Assembly (NCBI GenBank): GCA_963665095.1
Contig: OY762069.1
Location: forward strand, 4,832,001 to 4,896,000
DNA length: 64,000 bases
DNA from: an uncultured Desulfobacter sp.
GTDB lineage: Bacteria; Desulfobacterota; Desulfobacteria; Desulfobacterales; Desulfobacteraceae
Reading direction: 5' to 3'
Position 1 is the stretch's first letter. Each line of letters starts with the position of its first letter. Of this stretch, positions 19,641-30,012 are shown piece by piece. The notes beneath the pieces are model-generated. The model worked only from the letters and a program-made list of their open reading frames with translations, was not told where the DNA came from and searched no databases. Both the position numbers and the translations under genes were made by a program.

Positions 19641-20021
19641 TTAGAGTTCATCAAGAACGGTATCCCCGTGCTCTGATGTCCTCACGGAGAAGGAGTCTTC
19701 AGTGGGCTTTACCCAGATAACCCCGTCCCCTGACTTACCGGTCTGGTTGGCTTGAATAATGGTGTCTACGGTTTTTTGAACAAGCTGGTCCGGTACAACC
19801 ACAAATATGGCCCTTTTGGGGCGCAGGCGGTCGCTTTGGCCCAGTTGAACAATGGCTTCTTCATATCCTTTTTCAGCGCCTTTAAGCACATCCATGTTCA
19901 CCAGGCCTTTACCCCGTCCCAGGCACTCGAAGGCGGTCATGGAAGAGACGCCCGCGTCAATCAGGGCCCTTTTGGTCGCATTGATCTTGTTCATGCGGAC
20001 GATGGCCATGATCTCTTTCAT
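19641..20021 (-). CDS. nifI2: PII-family nitrogenase regulator NifI2
   Basis: MKEIMAIVRMNK, GRGKG, TGKSGDG; lies between nifH and nifD. Confidence 0.9.
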   Translation of the reverse strand: MKEIMAIVRMNKINATKRALIDAGVSSMTAFECLGRGKGLVNMDVLKGAEKGYEEAIVQLGQSDRLRPKRAIFVVVPDQLVQKTVDTIIQANQTGKSGDGVIWVKPTEDSFSVRTSEHGDTVLDEL

Positions 20022-20377
20022 GATGCCACCTCTTTGTCTGTTTCAACCTCTCCGTCTTTAATGCCTGAGCTGATGGTATAGGACTCGATGATGGGAGAGA
20101 TGAAAATCTTGCCGTCACCAAAGGCGCCTTTTTCACCGGTTTTTGCCGTGGCCAGAATGGTTCTTAAAACAAAATCACGGTCTTTTTCATCAATAACGGT
20201 TATCAGCATCTCCTTGGGGATTTCATCATAGGTAATTTCACCGATTTTAATACCGCGCTGCTTTCCACGCCCGGCAACACTCATCCGGGTGACGGCCGGG
20301 TATCCGGCTTCCATGAGGGCTGCCATGACGGAGTTAACTTTTTCAGGGCGGACAATGGATTTAATCATTACTTTCAT
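20018..20377 (-). CDS. nifI1: PII-family nitrogenase regulator NifI1
   Basis: IVRPEK, GRGKQRG, YDEIPK, GAFGDGKIF. Confidence 0.9.
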   Translation of the reverse strand: MKVMIKSIVRPEKVNSVMAALMEAGYPAVTRMSVAGRGKQRGIKIGEITYDEIPKEMLITVIDEKDRDFVLRTILATAKTGEKGAFGDGKIFISPIIESYTISSGIKDGEVETDKEVAS

Positions 20378-20420
20378 TTGACTGTTCCTTATTGTTCTCT
20401 GGGTTATCTATGGTTAATGA

Positions 20421-21470
<1,050 letters not shown>

Positions 21471-21718
21471 TCAAAAATGTAACTTTAATTTTAATGAAGA
21501 ATTTTTTTTCAAACAATAAGTTCGGTGGGCTGGCAGGGGAGATTTTTGAAAATCAGTTAAAGTATGACCGGTTCAGGCTTGGTGGTAAAGGATAAAGGCA
21601 CCATTGAGTAATATGACAAAAATGGATGTTTTTATGCAGGTGCAAAGCTGAACGTTCCGACCGGCCGCCGAAAATTGGATTTTCACACCTCTTTTGCGGC
21701 TGCCGGGAAGAACAATGG

Positions 21719-22177
21719 CTAAAGGTGGCGGACCAGACAGATCAAGGCGGTCTGGTCCCAGTCCCGGGTCTTATAAAATTCAAGGCCTTTATGGTTGCTT
21801 TTATCGGCCAGCAATGAAATGGAGGAGATCCCTTTTTGTCTTGACCACTCTTCCACCGCCTGCAGCAACCGGGTACCAATTTTGAGGCCCCTGTATTCAT
21901 GATCCACCACAAGATCCTCCACCACAGCACTGATTTTTCCCTGGGCGGTTGAGATCCGGGTCTGGGCCGTACACATTCCGACAATTCTGTCTTTTATCCA
22001 GGCGACCTTAACCGTTCGGTGCTTTCCGCAGCCGTCCAGCATCAGGCGAAGTCCTAGTGCCTGGGTCTTTGGGTTGAACTGGAAATCCTCTTCTATGGCA
22101 AACAATTGGGCCAGCAGGGGCAGCATCTGGTCAATATCAACGGGGCGCGCTTCCTTAATCTCTATTTCCATGGACAA
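21719..22177 (-). CDS. GNAT-family N-acetyltransferase
   Basis: VEDLVVDHEYRGLKIGTRLL acetyl-CoA motif, N...GLEFY. Confidence 0.88.
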   Translation of the reverse strand: MSMEIEIKEARPVDIDQMLPLLAQLFAIEEDFQFNPKTQALGLRLMLDGCGKHRTVKVAWIKDRIVGMCTAQTRISTAQGKISAVVEDLVVDHEYRGLKIGTRLLQAVEEWSRQKGISSISLLADKSNHKGLEFYKTRDWDQTALICLVRHL

Positions 22178-22210
22178 CTCCTTTAAATATTTAATTTGGC
22201 CTTATTTCAC

Positions 22211-22226
22211 TGCAATACATGTTCCA
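22211..22226 (-). promoter_or_regulatory. Sigma54 promoter of the GNAT gene
   Basis: Minus strand reads TGGAAC-ATGTA-TTGCA. Confidence 0.65.
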
Positions 22227-22247
22227 GTCACGAGCGCCTGACAGGGA

Positions 22248-22263
22248 AGGAACAGTTTTTGCA
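22248..22263 (+). promoter_or_regulatory. Sigma54 promoter of the Nif11-domain gene
   Basis: AGGAAC-AGTTT-TTGCA. Confidence 0.55.
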
Positions 22264-22385
22264 CAGTATTTGCTCATTGCTATTCTGTAAATTGATTTGG
22301 ATTTCACGGCCGCAGCTTAAAATCTGCGGCATTGCAGGTGAAATATTTTTTGGAAACATGTAACTTTAATGAATGGAGAATTGAG

Positions 22386-22604
22386 ATGTCAAAAGAAAAC
22401 GTTCAGGCCCTTTTAGATAAAGGTGCAGATGATCGAAAATTCCGTGTGAAATACGACAACTGTTTTTCAATGGAAAAGTTTACAGCCATGGCCAAAGAGG
22501 ATGGGTTTGAGTTCACCGTGGAAGAACTGCAGGAAGTTTTAAGGTTGAACGGAGACTCCTTTGATTCATACGGCAACCCGCCCAAAAAAGGCATCTGGGT
22601 TTAG
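22386..22604 (+). CDS. Nif11-domain small protein (72 aa)
   Basis: MSKENVQALL...FR...AKEDGFEFTVEEL Nif11 pattern; GGAG RBS; terminator follows. Confidence 0.82.
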   Translation: MSKENVQALLDKGADDRKFRVKYDNCFSMEKFTAMAKEDGFEFTVEELQEVLRLNGDSFDSYGNPPKKGIWV

Positions 22605-22621
22605 AATATTTTTGTCTGATC

Positions 22622-22655
22622 AAGAACGGTGCTGCTTCTCGGCAGCACCGTTCTT
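22622..22655. terminator. Intrinsic terminator hairpin
   Basis: AAGAACGGTGCTGC-TTCTCG-GCAGCACCGTTCTT followed by a T-rich tract. Confidence 0.8.
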
Positions 22656-22747
22656 AATTTTTATGTGACTTTCCTGCCGGGTTGACTGCCAGGCCGAGTT
22701 CCAGTTATTATTGGTGCAATTTTAACCCGTTGATGGAATGAAAATCC

Positions 22748-23374
22748 ATGGCCCGCACCAACATTCTGGGCACCAGACACCGGCTGAGGCTGCTTGTGGT
22801 GTCAGACTATACCGAACAAGAGTTAATTGATGATATTGAAAAGAAAAATCTGCCTCCCGTTGATCTGGCCATCTCATGCGGGGATCTGGCCCCGGAATAT
22901 CTGACCTTTATTCGAAACCGGGTGGATGCCCCTCTTTATTATGTTAAGGGCAATCATGACATCCGATATACAACTGAGAACCTGACCGGGTGCATGAATA
23001 TTCATGGCCGGGTGGTTACCCTGGGCAGTCTGAATATTCTGGGCCTGGAAGGCTCCATGTGGTATAACGGCGGACCGGTTCAATATACCGAAGGCGCCAT
23101 GAAAAAAATGATATTCCGGATGGGATTTACCCTGTGGCGCAAACGGCCCATCCATATGGTTATCACCCATGCACCGCCCAAGGGAATTCATGATAAAAGT
23201 GATCTGTGTCATATGGGCTTTCAAAGCTTTAACCGACTGATTGCCAAGGTGACACCGGATTATTTTATCCACGGCCATGTTCATACCCCCTATGCGCATT
23301 TTGAAGACAGGGTGACAACGACGGGGAAAACAAAAGTAATTAATACGTGCGGACACATCATCATTGAAGTCTGA
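22748..23374 (+). CDS. Calcineurin-like metallophosphoesterase
   Basis: VSD, CGDL, GNHD, THAPP, HGHVH. Confidence 0.88.
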   Translation: MARTNILGTRHRLRLLVVSDYTEQELIDDIEKKNLPPVDLAISCGDLAPEYLTFIRNRVDAPLYYVKGNHDIRYTTENLTGCMNIHGRVVTLGSLNILGLEGSMWYNGGPVQYTEGAMKKMIFRMGFTLWRKRPIHMVITHAPPKGIHDKSDLCHMGFQSFNRLIAKVTPDYFIHGHVHTPYAHFEDRVTTTGKTKVINTCGHIIIEV

Positions 23375-23384
23375 AAGGACAGTC

Positions 23385-24470
23385 ATGGGTTTTTTTAAAA
23401 AATTGTTCGGCAGCACAGATACGGCAGACAACGATTGTGTGACATCTTTTAATGATGACCAGGCTAAAGAAGAGGATGTCAAATTTATTGACCACGGTGT
23501 TCAGACCGTAGAGATGGAGAAAATCACCGGCAGCGTGGGCAAATACAATGATTTTGATTCCAGGTTCCGGCCCAAGCAGCATGTGTCCAGAAAGCGGTTT
23601 ACCGATATTAAAAAAGCCATGCGTGACGGAGTTAAACTGCCGCCGGTAAACCTTTACCAGATTCGCAATGCATACTATGTGCTGGATGGCAACCACCGGG
23701 TGGCTGCCGCCAAAGAGCTTGGCAGAACAGAGATTCAGGCCAAGGTAGTGGAGCTTTTATCCGGTAATAAAACCCTTGAAAATTTGATTTACGTGGAGAG
23801 GAAAACCTTTCAAGAGAGAACCGGATTAAAAGAGCCTGTTGATCTTACCGAGGTTGGAAAATACAATTTTCTGGAAACCCAGATTAAAAAGCACCAGCTG
23901 TTTCTCGCGGCCCAGTCCGGGGAGGACTGTGACCTGCCCAAGGCAGCCCGGGACTGGTATAACACCATTTACAAACCCTTGATTTCCATTATTGAAAGCG
24001 GTGGCCTGCTTAAATATTTTCCTAACAGAACCCTTGCCGACCTTTACGCTTATATTACTTACCACCACTGGACCCAGAGTCCGTCCCGGACATACGGCAT
24101 CGGCATCAGCAAAATTATTCCTAAAACCATGGAGGCGTTCAGGACAGCCATGCTTGAAAGAACAGACCCGGATTATCCGGAAATGAAGCGTACCATCACC
24201 GCCTTTGTTTTTATCAATGTGGGCATGGCTCCCCAGAATGAAATCATTGACACCCTGTTCGCCCTGGACGAAATCCAGGAGGTCCATTCAGTCCACGGCA
24301 GTATTGATATTCTGGTGAAAATGGTTCTGGAAAGGGATTTTCTGGCCTCGGATGCTGAAACCATTGCAGAATTCGTAGACGTCAACATCCGCCGAATCGA
24401 AGGCATCAACCGGACCCAGACCATCATTCCGGGTATTTCAATGATGAAAAACTATCTGACGTTGAAATAA
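23385..24470 (+). CDS. ParB/Srx-like domain protein with C-terminal Lrp/AsnC ligand-binding domain
   Basis: LPPVNLY...YYVLDGNHRVAAA; C-terminal EVHSVHGSIDILVK...GINRTQT. Confidence 0.75.
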   Translation: MGFFKKLFGSTDTADNDCVTSFNDDQAKEEDVKFIDHGVQTVEMEKITGSVGKYNDFDSRFRPKQHVSRKRFTDIKKAMRDGVKLPPVNLYQIRNAYYVLDGNHRVAAAKELGRTEIQAKVVELLSGNKTLENLIYVERKTFQERTGLKEPVDLTEVGKYNFLETQIKKHQLFLAAQSGEDCDLPKAARDWYNTIYKPLISIIESGGLLKYFPNRTLADLYAYITYHHWTQSPSRTYGIGISKIIPKTMEAFRTAMLERTDPDYPEMKRTITAFVFINVGMAPQNEIIDTLFALDEIQEVHSVHGSIDILVKMVLERDFLASDAETIAEFVDVNIRRIEGINRTQTIIPGISMMKNYLTLK

Positions 24471-24549
24471 AATAATTGGGGTCAGAGTAAAATTAAATTG
24501 CACGCAATTTAATTTTACTCTGACCCCAATTATTCTGACCCCAATTATT
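24471..24549. repeat. Perfect 31-bp-arm palindrome (REP-like) plus a partial tandem copy
   Basis: AATAATTGGGGTCAGAGTAAAATTAAATTGC-AC-GCAATTTAATTTTACTCTGACCCCAATTATT, then CTGACCCCAATTATT. Confidence 0.9.
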
Positions 24550-24551
24550 TT

Positions 24552-24593
24552 ATCAAAAAGCCGGTCCTGGTTAATCAGGGCCGGCTTTTTGAT
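24552..24593. terminator. Bidirectional terminator between convergent genes
   Basis: ATCAAAAAGCCGGTCCTG / CAGGGCCGGCTTTTTGAT. Confidence 0.8.
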
Positions 24594-24606
24594 TTGAATA
24601 AAGATG

Positions 24607-26931
24607 TTACAAAGGTGTGTTGGGAATCAAATTCCAGATCCCGCAGGGGCAGGCCCCTGAACAGAATCCGCAGCCAATGCATTTGGCCTCATCCACCATG
24701 TATTCAAATCCCGTCTCTTTTTCCTGTCTGCTGATGGCACCTTCAGGGCAGACTGCCACACAGATGCCGCAATCCCTGCAGTTACCGCAGGAGGCACAGT
24801 CTCCTCCGCAGGTGTCCAAGGTATCGGCCTCCTGTCTGGGATCATAGTAAGTCAGGCTCACCCGTTTTGTATCGATCATGGCGCCTAATGCCGCCACATC
24901 CGGTGAGTTGCCCTTGATAATCTGGTCTATGGCTATGGCCGTCCGCTTTCCGGCACCAATGGCATCGGTGATCAGGCCTACGCCCACGGCATCGCCAATG
25001 GCAAATACCTTTTCATCAGAGGTGCGCCCGGCATCATCCACTTTGACAAATCCGTTGGCAAGTTCAATGCCGTCACCCAGAAAGGAGAGATCAGGAACAT
25101 CTCCGATGGCAACCACCACTGTGCTCGCCTGCATCAATTCCCCGTTTTCAAGCTTGACGCCTTTGGCAGTGATTTCCTTTGTAAACAGGGGCCACCGGAA
25201 TTTGGCACCGCAGTTTTCCGCATCCTCTTTTTCCTTGCCAAAGGCTGCAGGGCGCTGGACATCAATCAGGGTGATCTCCTGGGCACCTAACCGGTGGGCC
25301 TCGGTGGCCACATCACAGCCAACATTGCCGGCACCGATGATCACGACCCGTTTCCCGGGGTTGATCTTATTGGCTTTGGCCTGTTCCAGAAAATCATTGG
25401 CAAACAAGGCCCGTTCAATGCCTTTGATCGGCAGGGTCCGTGGTTTGACTGCACCGGCCGCCACCACAGTAAAATCGTAGGTTCCTTTGATTTCCTGGAA
25501 TTTCTCGGCATCAACTGCTTCACCCAGCCGGATATCCTTAACAAACTTTTTGATCCGGGAGATCTCTTCATTCAGGGTGTCTGCCGGAATTCTGGATTCG
25601 GGAATCACAGCAGCAATTTTACCGCCAATGGATTGCCCCGCTTCAAAGACTGTCGGGGTATGGCCTTTCAGGGTTAGCTGCCAGGCCGCAGAGATGCCGC
25701 CGGGGCCGCCACCGATTACCGCCACTTTTTTGCGGGATTTTCTGGCTGGTTTGGGTGGCTTGACCTTCTGGGCCTTCTTGTTCAGCAGGCGTATATCGAT
25801 GGGCGTCATATAAGCCAGGTTCCGGGTGCAGGACGCCATACACGGGCTGGGGCACAGATGGCCGCAGACAGTGGCCGGAAACGGTGTATGCTCAAGACCC
25901 ATGGCAATGGCTTCGTCAATATTGTCGGCTCTGACCATGGCCCAGCGTTCCTGAACCGGTATGCCTGTGGGGCAGTTGGCCTGGCAGGGAGATATGTATC
26001 GGCCCTGCTCCCACACGGGAATATATCTTCTGTATTCACCTTTGGCGATGACCGGAATGGATCCTTTTACCGTTTCCTGAAGATCGCCGATAAGGCCTCC
26101 CCGGCCAAGTTCCGCATCCCAGACCTGGTCCCGGAACCAGGACATGGAGGGATGCCCCGGGCCCTGGGCTTTTTCCTGGGGGGACTGGGATTCAAAAAGG
26201 CGCCATTGTGACCGTTTGGCAAGGTCATCGTAGAGGTTTGATTTTTTTATTTTTCTTAAAAAGGTTTTCAGACCCTGTTCCAGCCATGCCCACTCTGCAT
26301 CATCCAGCTCAACTTCCTTGGCGTCCTTGGCGGAAAACCCTTTGGCGTCGCCGCGGACAAATACTTTTCCGCCCACCATACCTACCAAAGGTCTGTATCC
26401 CAGAATTCGCTCCGGATCCGGGGCATTCACTCCGCAGACAACAGCGATGCCGCCGGCCATGAACTCTCCGAAATAATCTCCGGCCGCGCCAAGCACCCAC
26501 AACTCCGGCGGATCAAACCGGGGATTGCGTTTGGTCATGGTCATACCCCGGGCGCCAATGGCACCCCCGATATATACCTTCCCCTGGGCCGCACCGTTCA
26601 TGGCGCCGTTGGAAGCACTGCCATGGACAATGATCTCTGCACCTGCATTGAGCCAGCCGATATCATCCGAGGCGGGTCCCATGATCTCTATTTTGGTGTT
26701 GGATGTCCCCAGAGAGCCGGTACGCTGACCGGAATGGCCGATGATCCTGATGTACATTTTGTCAGGGGCTGCATCCCAGAGCCGGCCGCCAATGCCGTGC
26801 TGACCGAATGCCTGAATTTCCAGTTTCCGGTTGCCCCGTTTGGCGTGCTGGTGGATGGTCTCTTCAAGTACCCGGGAGGGAATTCTTTTTTCGTCTCTTT
26901 TACCTGATATAAATATATAGTCGCTTTTCAT
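24607..26931 (-). CDS. Glutamate synthase subunit: GXGXG domain fused to a GltD-like FAD/NAD(P)H oxidoreductase and a 2x[4Fe-4S] domain
   Basis: GQHGIGG, GEFMAGG, PCQANCP, CGHLCPSPC, GGGPGG, GAGNVG, terminal CxxCxxCxxxCP twice. Confidence 0.88.
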   Translation of the reverse strand: MKSDYIFISGKRDEKRIPSRVLEETIHQHAKRGNRKLEIQAFGQHGIGGRLWDAAPDKMYIRIIGHSGQRTGSLGTSNTKIEIMGPASDDIGWLNAGAEIIVHGSASNGAMNGAAQGKVYIGGAIGARGMTMTKRNPRFDPPELWVLGAAGDYFGEFMAGGIAVVCGVNAPDPERILGYRPLVGMVGGKVFVRGDAKGFSAKDAKEVELDDAEWAWLEQGLKTFLRKIKKSNLYDDLAKRSQWRLFESQSPQEKAQGPGHPSMSWFRDQVWDAELGRGGLIGDLQETVKGSIPVIAKGEYRRYIPVWEQGRYISPCQANCPTGIPVQERWAMVRADNIDEAIAMGLEHTPFPATVCGHLCPSPCMASCTRNLAYMTPIDIRLLNKKAQKVKPPKPARKSRKKVAVIGGGPGGISAAWQLTLKGHTPTVFEAGQSIGGKIAAVIPESRIPADTLNEEISRIKKFVKDIRLGEAVDAEKFQEIKGTYDFTVVAAGAVKPRTLPIKGIERALFANDFLEQAKANKINPGKRVVIIGAGNVGCDVATEAHRLGAQEITLIDVQRPAAFGKEKEDAENCGAKFRWPLFTKEITAKGVKLENGELMQASTVVVAIGDVPDLSFLGDGIELANGFVKVDDAGRTSDEKVFAIGDAVGVGLITDAIGAGKRTAIAIDQIIKGNSPDVAALGAMIDTKRVSLTYYDPRQEADTLDTCGGDCASCGNCRDCGICVAVCPEGAISRQEKETGFEYMVDEAKCIGCGFCSGACPCGIWNLIPNTPL

Positions 26932-26949
26932 TGGTTCTTACCCCTCCTT

Positions 26950-28584
26950 TTACACCACGTACTTGATACTGAGGCGGTCAGCAATGGCTTTATCGTCAAT
27001 TCCCAAAGCATCGGACATGCCGATGGGAAGGGAGGTGGAGCGTCCTAAGGGTGCCACAATTTTTTTGAGTTCCGTGTCAAAGGAGATAAACAGATCCACC
27101 ACGCGCTGGGCCACATCTTCCGGGTCCAGACGACGGTAGAGTCTGGGGTCCTGGGAGGTGATGCCCTTGGGGCAGATACCTAAGTTACATACGTTGCAGC
27201 GGTCTTCTTCCGTGCCCACACAGCCTGCGGCTGCCTGCATCACATATTTTCCGATCTGGACACCTGATGCACCGAGCATAATGAGCGATGCGGCGTTGGC
27301 GGCAATATTGCCGTTTTTACCGATGCCGCCGCCGGCAAAGATGGGAATTTCATTCTGCTTGCCGATTTTGGTCAGGTTCAGGTAGTTGTCCCTGATACAA
27401 CTGGCAATGGGGTGGCCCATGTGATCCATGGAGACTGCGTAGGCAGCACCGGTACCCCCATCCTCGCCGTCAATGGCCAGGCCTGCAGCGTAATCGTTAC
27501 GCGTCAGGTTGTTCAAGACTGCAAGGGAGGTGGATGAGGCGGAAATTTTCGGATAAACCGGCACCCTGAAACCCCATGCCATGGACATGGACAAGATCAT
27601 TTTGGCCACGGACTCCTCAATGGAGTACTGGGTCTGGTGGGTGGGCGGAGAGGGCAGGCTGACGCCCTGGGGCACGCCCCGGATGGCGGCAATCAGCTTG
27701 TTCACCTTGTGCCACATCAAAAGGCCGCCGTCACCGGGTTTGGCTCCCTGGCCGTATTTGATTTCAATGGCGCAGGGGTCTTCCTTCATATGGGGGATGG
27801 CGTGGATGATTTCATCCCAGCCAAAGTAACCGGACGCAATCTGAAGGATCACATATTTAAGGAAACGGGAGCGCAGCAGGCGCGGCGGACAGCCGCCTTC
27901 ACCGGTGCACATGCGAACGGGCATGCCCATCTCCTCATTGAGATAGGCCACTCCCATCTGAAGTCCCTCCCACATGTTGGGGGAGAGCGCCCCAAAGGAC
28001 ATGCCGCCGATGATCAAGGGGTAGATCTCTCTGACCGGCGGAATCCAGCCCTTTTCCCGCAGTCGTTTCATGTTTTCCCTGGGGGGCAGCACCCGGCCTA
28101 ACAGGGTGCGCATCTCAAACTCATGGCGGCCGGCATCCAGTGCCGGGTCTGTGAGCATGGAGATACGGGTGAACTTGATGCGGTCAAGTACGGAACCGGA
28201 TGCATTGCGGCGACCGCCCCGGCGTCTTGGCACCCCGTGCTGGTTGATGTGGAATTTCATCCGGTCAAGGCCCGGGTTTCTGCGGGGCCGGATGGCATCA
28301 TTGGGGCAGACCAGGGTACACATGGCACAGCCGATGCAGGCATTTTCCACCCGGGTCTCCTGGCGGATGCCGTAAAAGGTATCATAGCTGTTGGAATGCT
28401 GTGCGTTTTTGGCCACAGATGTTTTGATGATCCGTTTCTGGAACGGATGAAGAGAGATGGCCTTGACCGGGCAAACCGCCGTACACTGGCCGCATAAAGT
28501 ACACCGGTCATTATTATATTCAATCTGCCAGGGCAGATCGTTGAGACTTAAAGAGGAAGGCTCAAGGCTTCTGTTTGACGACAT
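26950..28584 (-). CDS. Glutamate synthase FMN-binding subunit with N-terminal ferredoxin
   Basis: MSFGALS, TGEGG, QIASGYFG, EIKYGQGAKPGDGG, GGTGA, C-terminal Cys cluster CNVCNLGICP. Confidence 0.92.
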   Translation of the reverse strand: MSSNRSLEPSSLSLNDLPWQIEYNNDRCTLCGQCTAVCPVKAISLHPFQKRIIKTSVAKNAQHSNSYDTFYGIRQETRVENACIGCAMCTLVCPNDAIRPRRNPGLDRMKFHINQHGVPRRRGGRRNASGSVLDRIKFTRISMLTDPALDAGRHEFEMRTLLGRVLPPRENMKRLREKGWIPPVREIYPLIIGGMSFGALSPNMWEGLQMGVAYLNEEMGMPVRMCTGEGGCPPRLLRSRFLKYVILQIASGYFGWDEIIHAIPHMKEDPCAIEIKYGQGAKPGDGGLLMWHKVNKLIAAIRGVPQGVSLPSPPTHQTQYSIEESVAKMILSMSMAWGFRVPVYPKISASSTSLAVLNNLTRNDYAAGLAIDGEDGGTGAAYAVSMDHMGHPIASCIRDNYLNLTKIGKQNEIPIFAGGGIGKNGNIAANAASLIMLGASGVQIGKYVMQAAAGCVGTEEDRCNVCNLGICPKGITSQDPRLYRRLDPEDVAQRVVDLFISFDTELKKIVAPLGRSTSLPIGMSDALGIDDKAIADRLSIKYVV

Positions 28585-29678
28585 ATATTTACCTCCTGGC
28601 GTTCAGGGCCGACAATAGCTGTATCAAGATGCATGGGTTGAATATCTGTGGATTTGTCCCGGTCGGGAATGATGGCGTCCAGCCCGCACACTTCGGAAGA
28701 AAAGGCGAACATGCCTGGTTTGCCGCCCACCACGCCGGGGCGCAGTTTTTTGCGGTCCTGGACCATGAACATGGAATGGTCCGGCAGGGTGCCGATAACA
28801 CAGTTGGGGCCATCAATTATTAAAGGACGGCAGGTTTTTTTCAACTGGCTTAAAAAAGCATAGTCAGGGTGTTTTTCTAAATCTTCCCGCTGCAGCGGGG
28901 TGATGACGTGTTTGTATCCTTCAATGCCCAGCCCAAGCTCCTCCAAAGAGAAATGCAGAATGTGGGCAAACACTTCGGAATCGGACTGGTAACCGGTATA
29001 CCCCGGGATGTCCCTTGAAGACAAAAAGTCCTTGATGGGGATAAATGCTGTGTTCTCACCATTGGTCATGGTGCAGTAGCCCTTGAGAAAAAAGGGATGG
29101 CAGGCATACAGGTTAATGGCATAGTTGGTGTTCTGGCGGCCCTGGGCCATGATGGTCCGGGCGCACAGCTCTTTTCGGTCAAGGCCTAGATACTCGGCTA
29201 ACTGCATGGGATCACCAATCTCTTTGATCATGATGGTGTCCGGCCAGAAGGAAAAGACTATCATGTCTTTCTTCTCTTCACCCATTGCACGGATCTGCAG
29301 CCGGACATCCAAAAGTCTGTCCGCCAGTTCGCTTTGTTCCAGATTCTCCCATCCTTCGGGCAGTTCATATGCTCTGATCAGGTAGATATATCGTCTGGGT
29401 ATGCCTTCCGCTTTGGCTTTGGGTGGTTTTAAAGACAGTTTATGCTTGGTCATGAAACCAAGATCCATCATGAAGAGATCCAGGCGGCGGATCCCTTCTT
29501 CGGTAAAGATGCCGGACAGAATCGGGGCCTCTTTCATCTCTTCAAAAGGACCGCCAAGGTCCTGGAGTAGAAGCCCTACGCCTGAACCGTCATGCCCTTC
29601 TTTCATTACATCAAGGGCTTTGATGGCCAGCATGGGTGATACAGGGTCCTTGCAGGTAAGTGCAAACAAACGACACAT
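28548..29678 (-). CDS. Glutamate synthase class II glutamine amidotransferase subunit
   Basis: N-terminal nucleophile MCRLF, RQNTN, HPF, NGE, SDSE, DRKKLRP. Confidence 0.9.
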   Translation of the reverse strand: MCRLFALTCKDPVSPMLAIKALDVMKEGHDGSGVGLLLQDLGGPFEEMKEAPILSGIFTEEGIRRLDLFMMDLGFMTKHKLSLKPPKAKAEGIPRRYIYLIRAYELPEGWENLEQSELADRLLDVRLQIRAMGEEKKDMIVFSFWPDTIMIKEIGDPMQLAEYLGLDRKELCARTIMAQGRQNTNYAINLYACHPFFLKGYCTMTNGENTAFIPIKDFLSSRDIPGYTGYQSDSEVFAHILHFSLEELGLGIEGYKHVITPLQREDLEKHPDYAFLSQLKKTCRPLIIDGPNCVIGTLPDHSMFMVQDRKKLRPGVVGGKPGMFAFSSEVCGLDAIIPDRDKSTDIQPMHLDTAIVGPERQEVNICRQTEALSLPL

Positions 29679-29750
29679 ACAACAACTCCTTAGGGTCTAT
29701 TTATCTAAAAGCTACAGCCAGAATGCTTCCGGCAAAAATTCGAAACTTTA

Positions 29751-29779
29751 AGACTAAAGACAGATCTATGCGCTGTCAA
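29751..29779 (-). promoter_or_regulatory. Sigma70-type promoter of the glutamate synthase operon
   Basis: Minus strand TTGACA-17 nt-TAGTCT. Confidence 0.55.
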
Positions 29780-30012
29780 TCTTTATTTTTCAGGTGGTTA
29801 AAAGGGGGTTGCCCATGATCGGGTAAGATTGGGGCAGAATAAAATAAATGTGGGATAAATTAATTTATGTCCATAAATTGGGCGTTTATGTTCTGTGAAA
29901 TGTAAAGACGCAAGACGTCTGCCGGAATATAAATAAAGATTCAAATCCTTCGATTTTCAGACAGAGAGATCAAAGCCGTCAAAACAAAATTTTCAAAAAC
30001 GGTTTCGGATGT

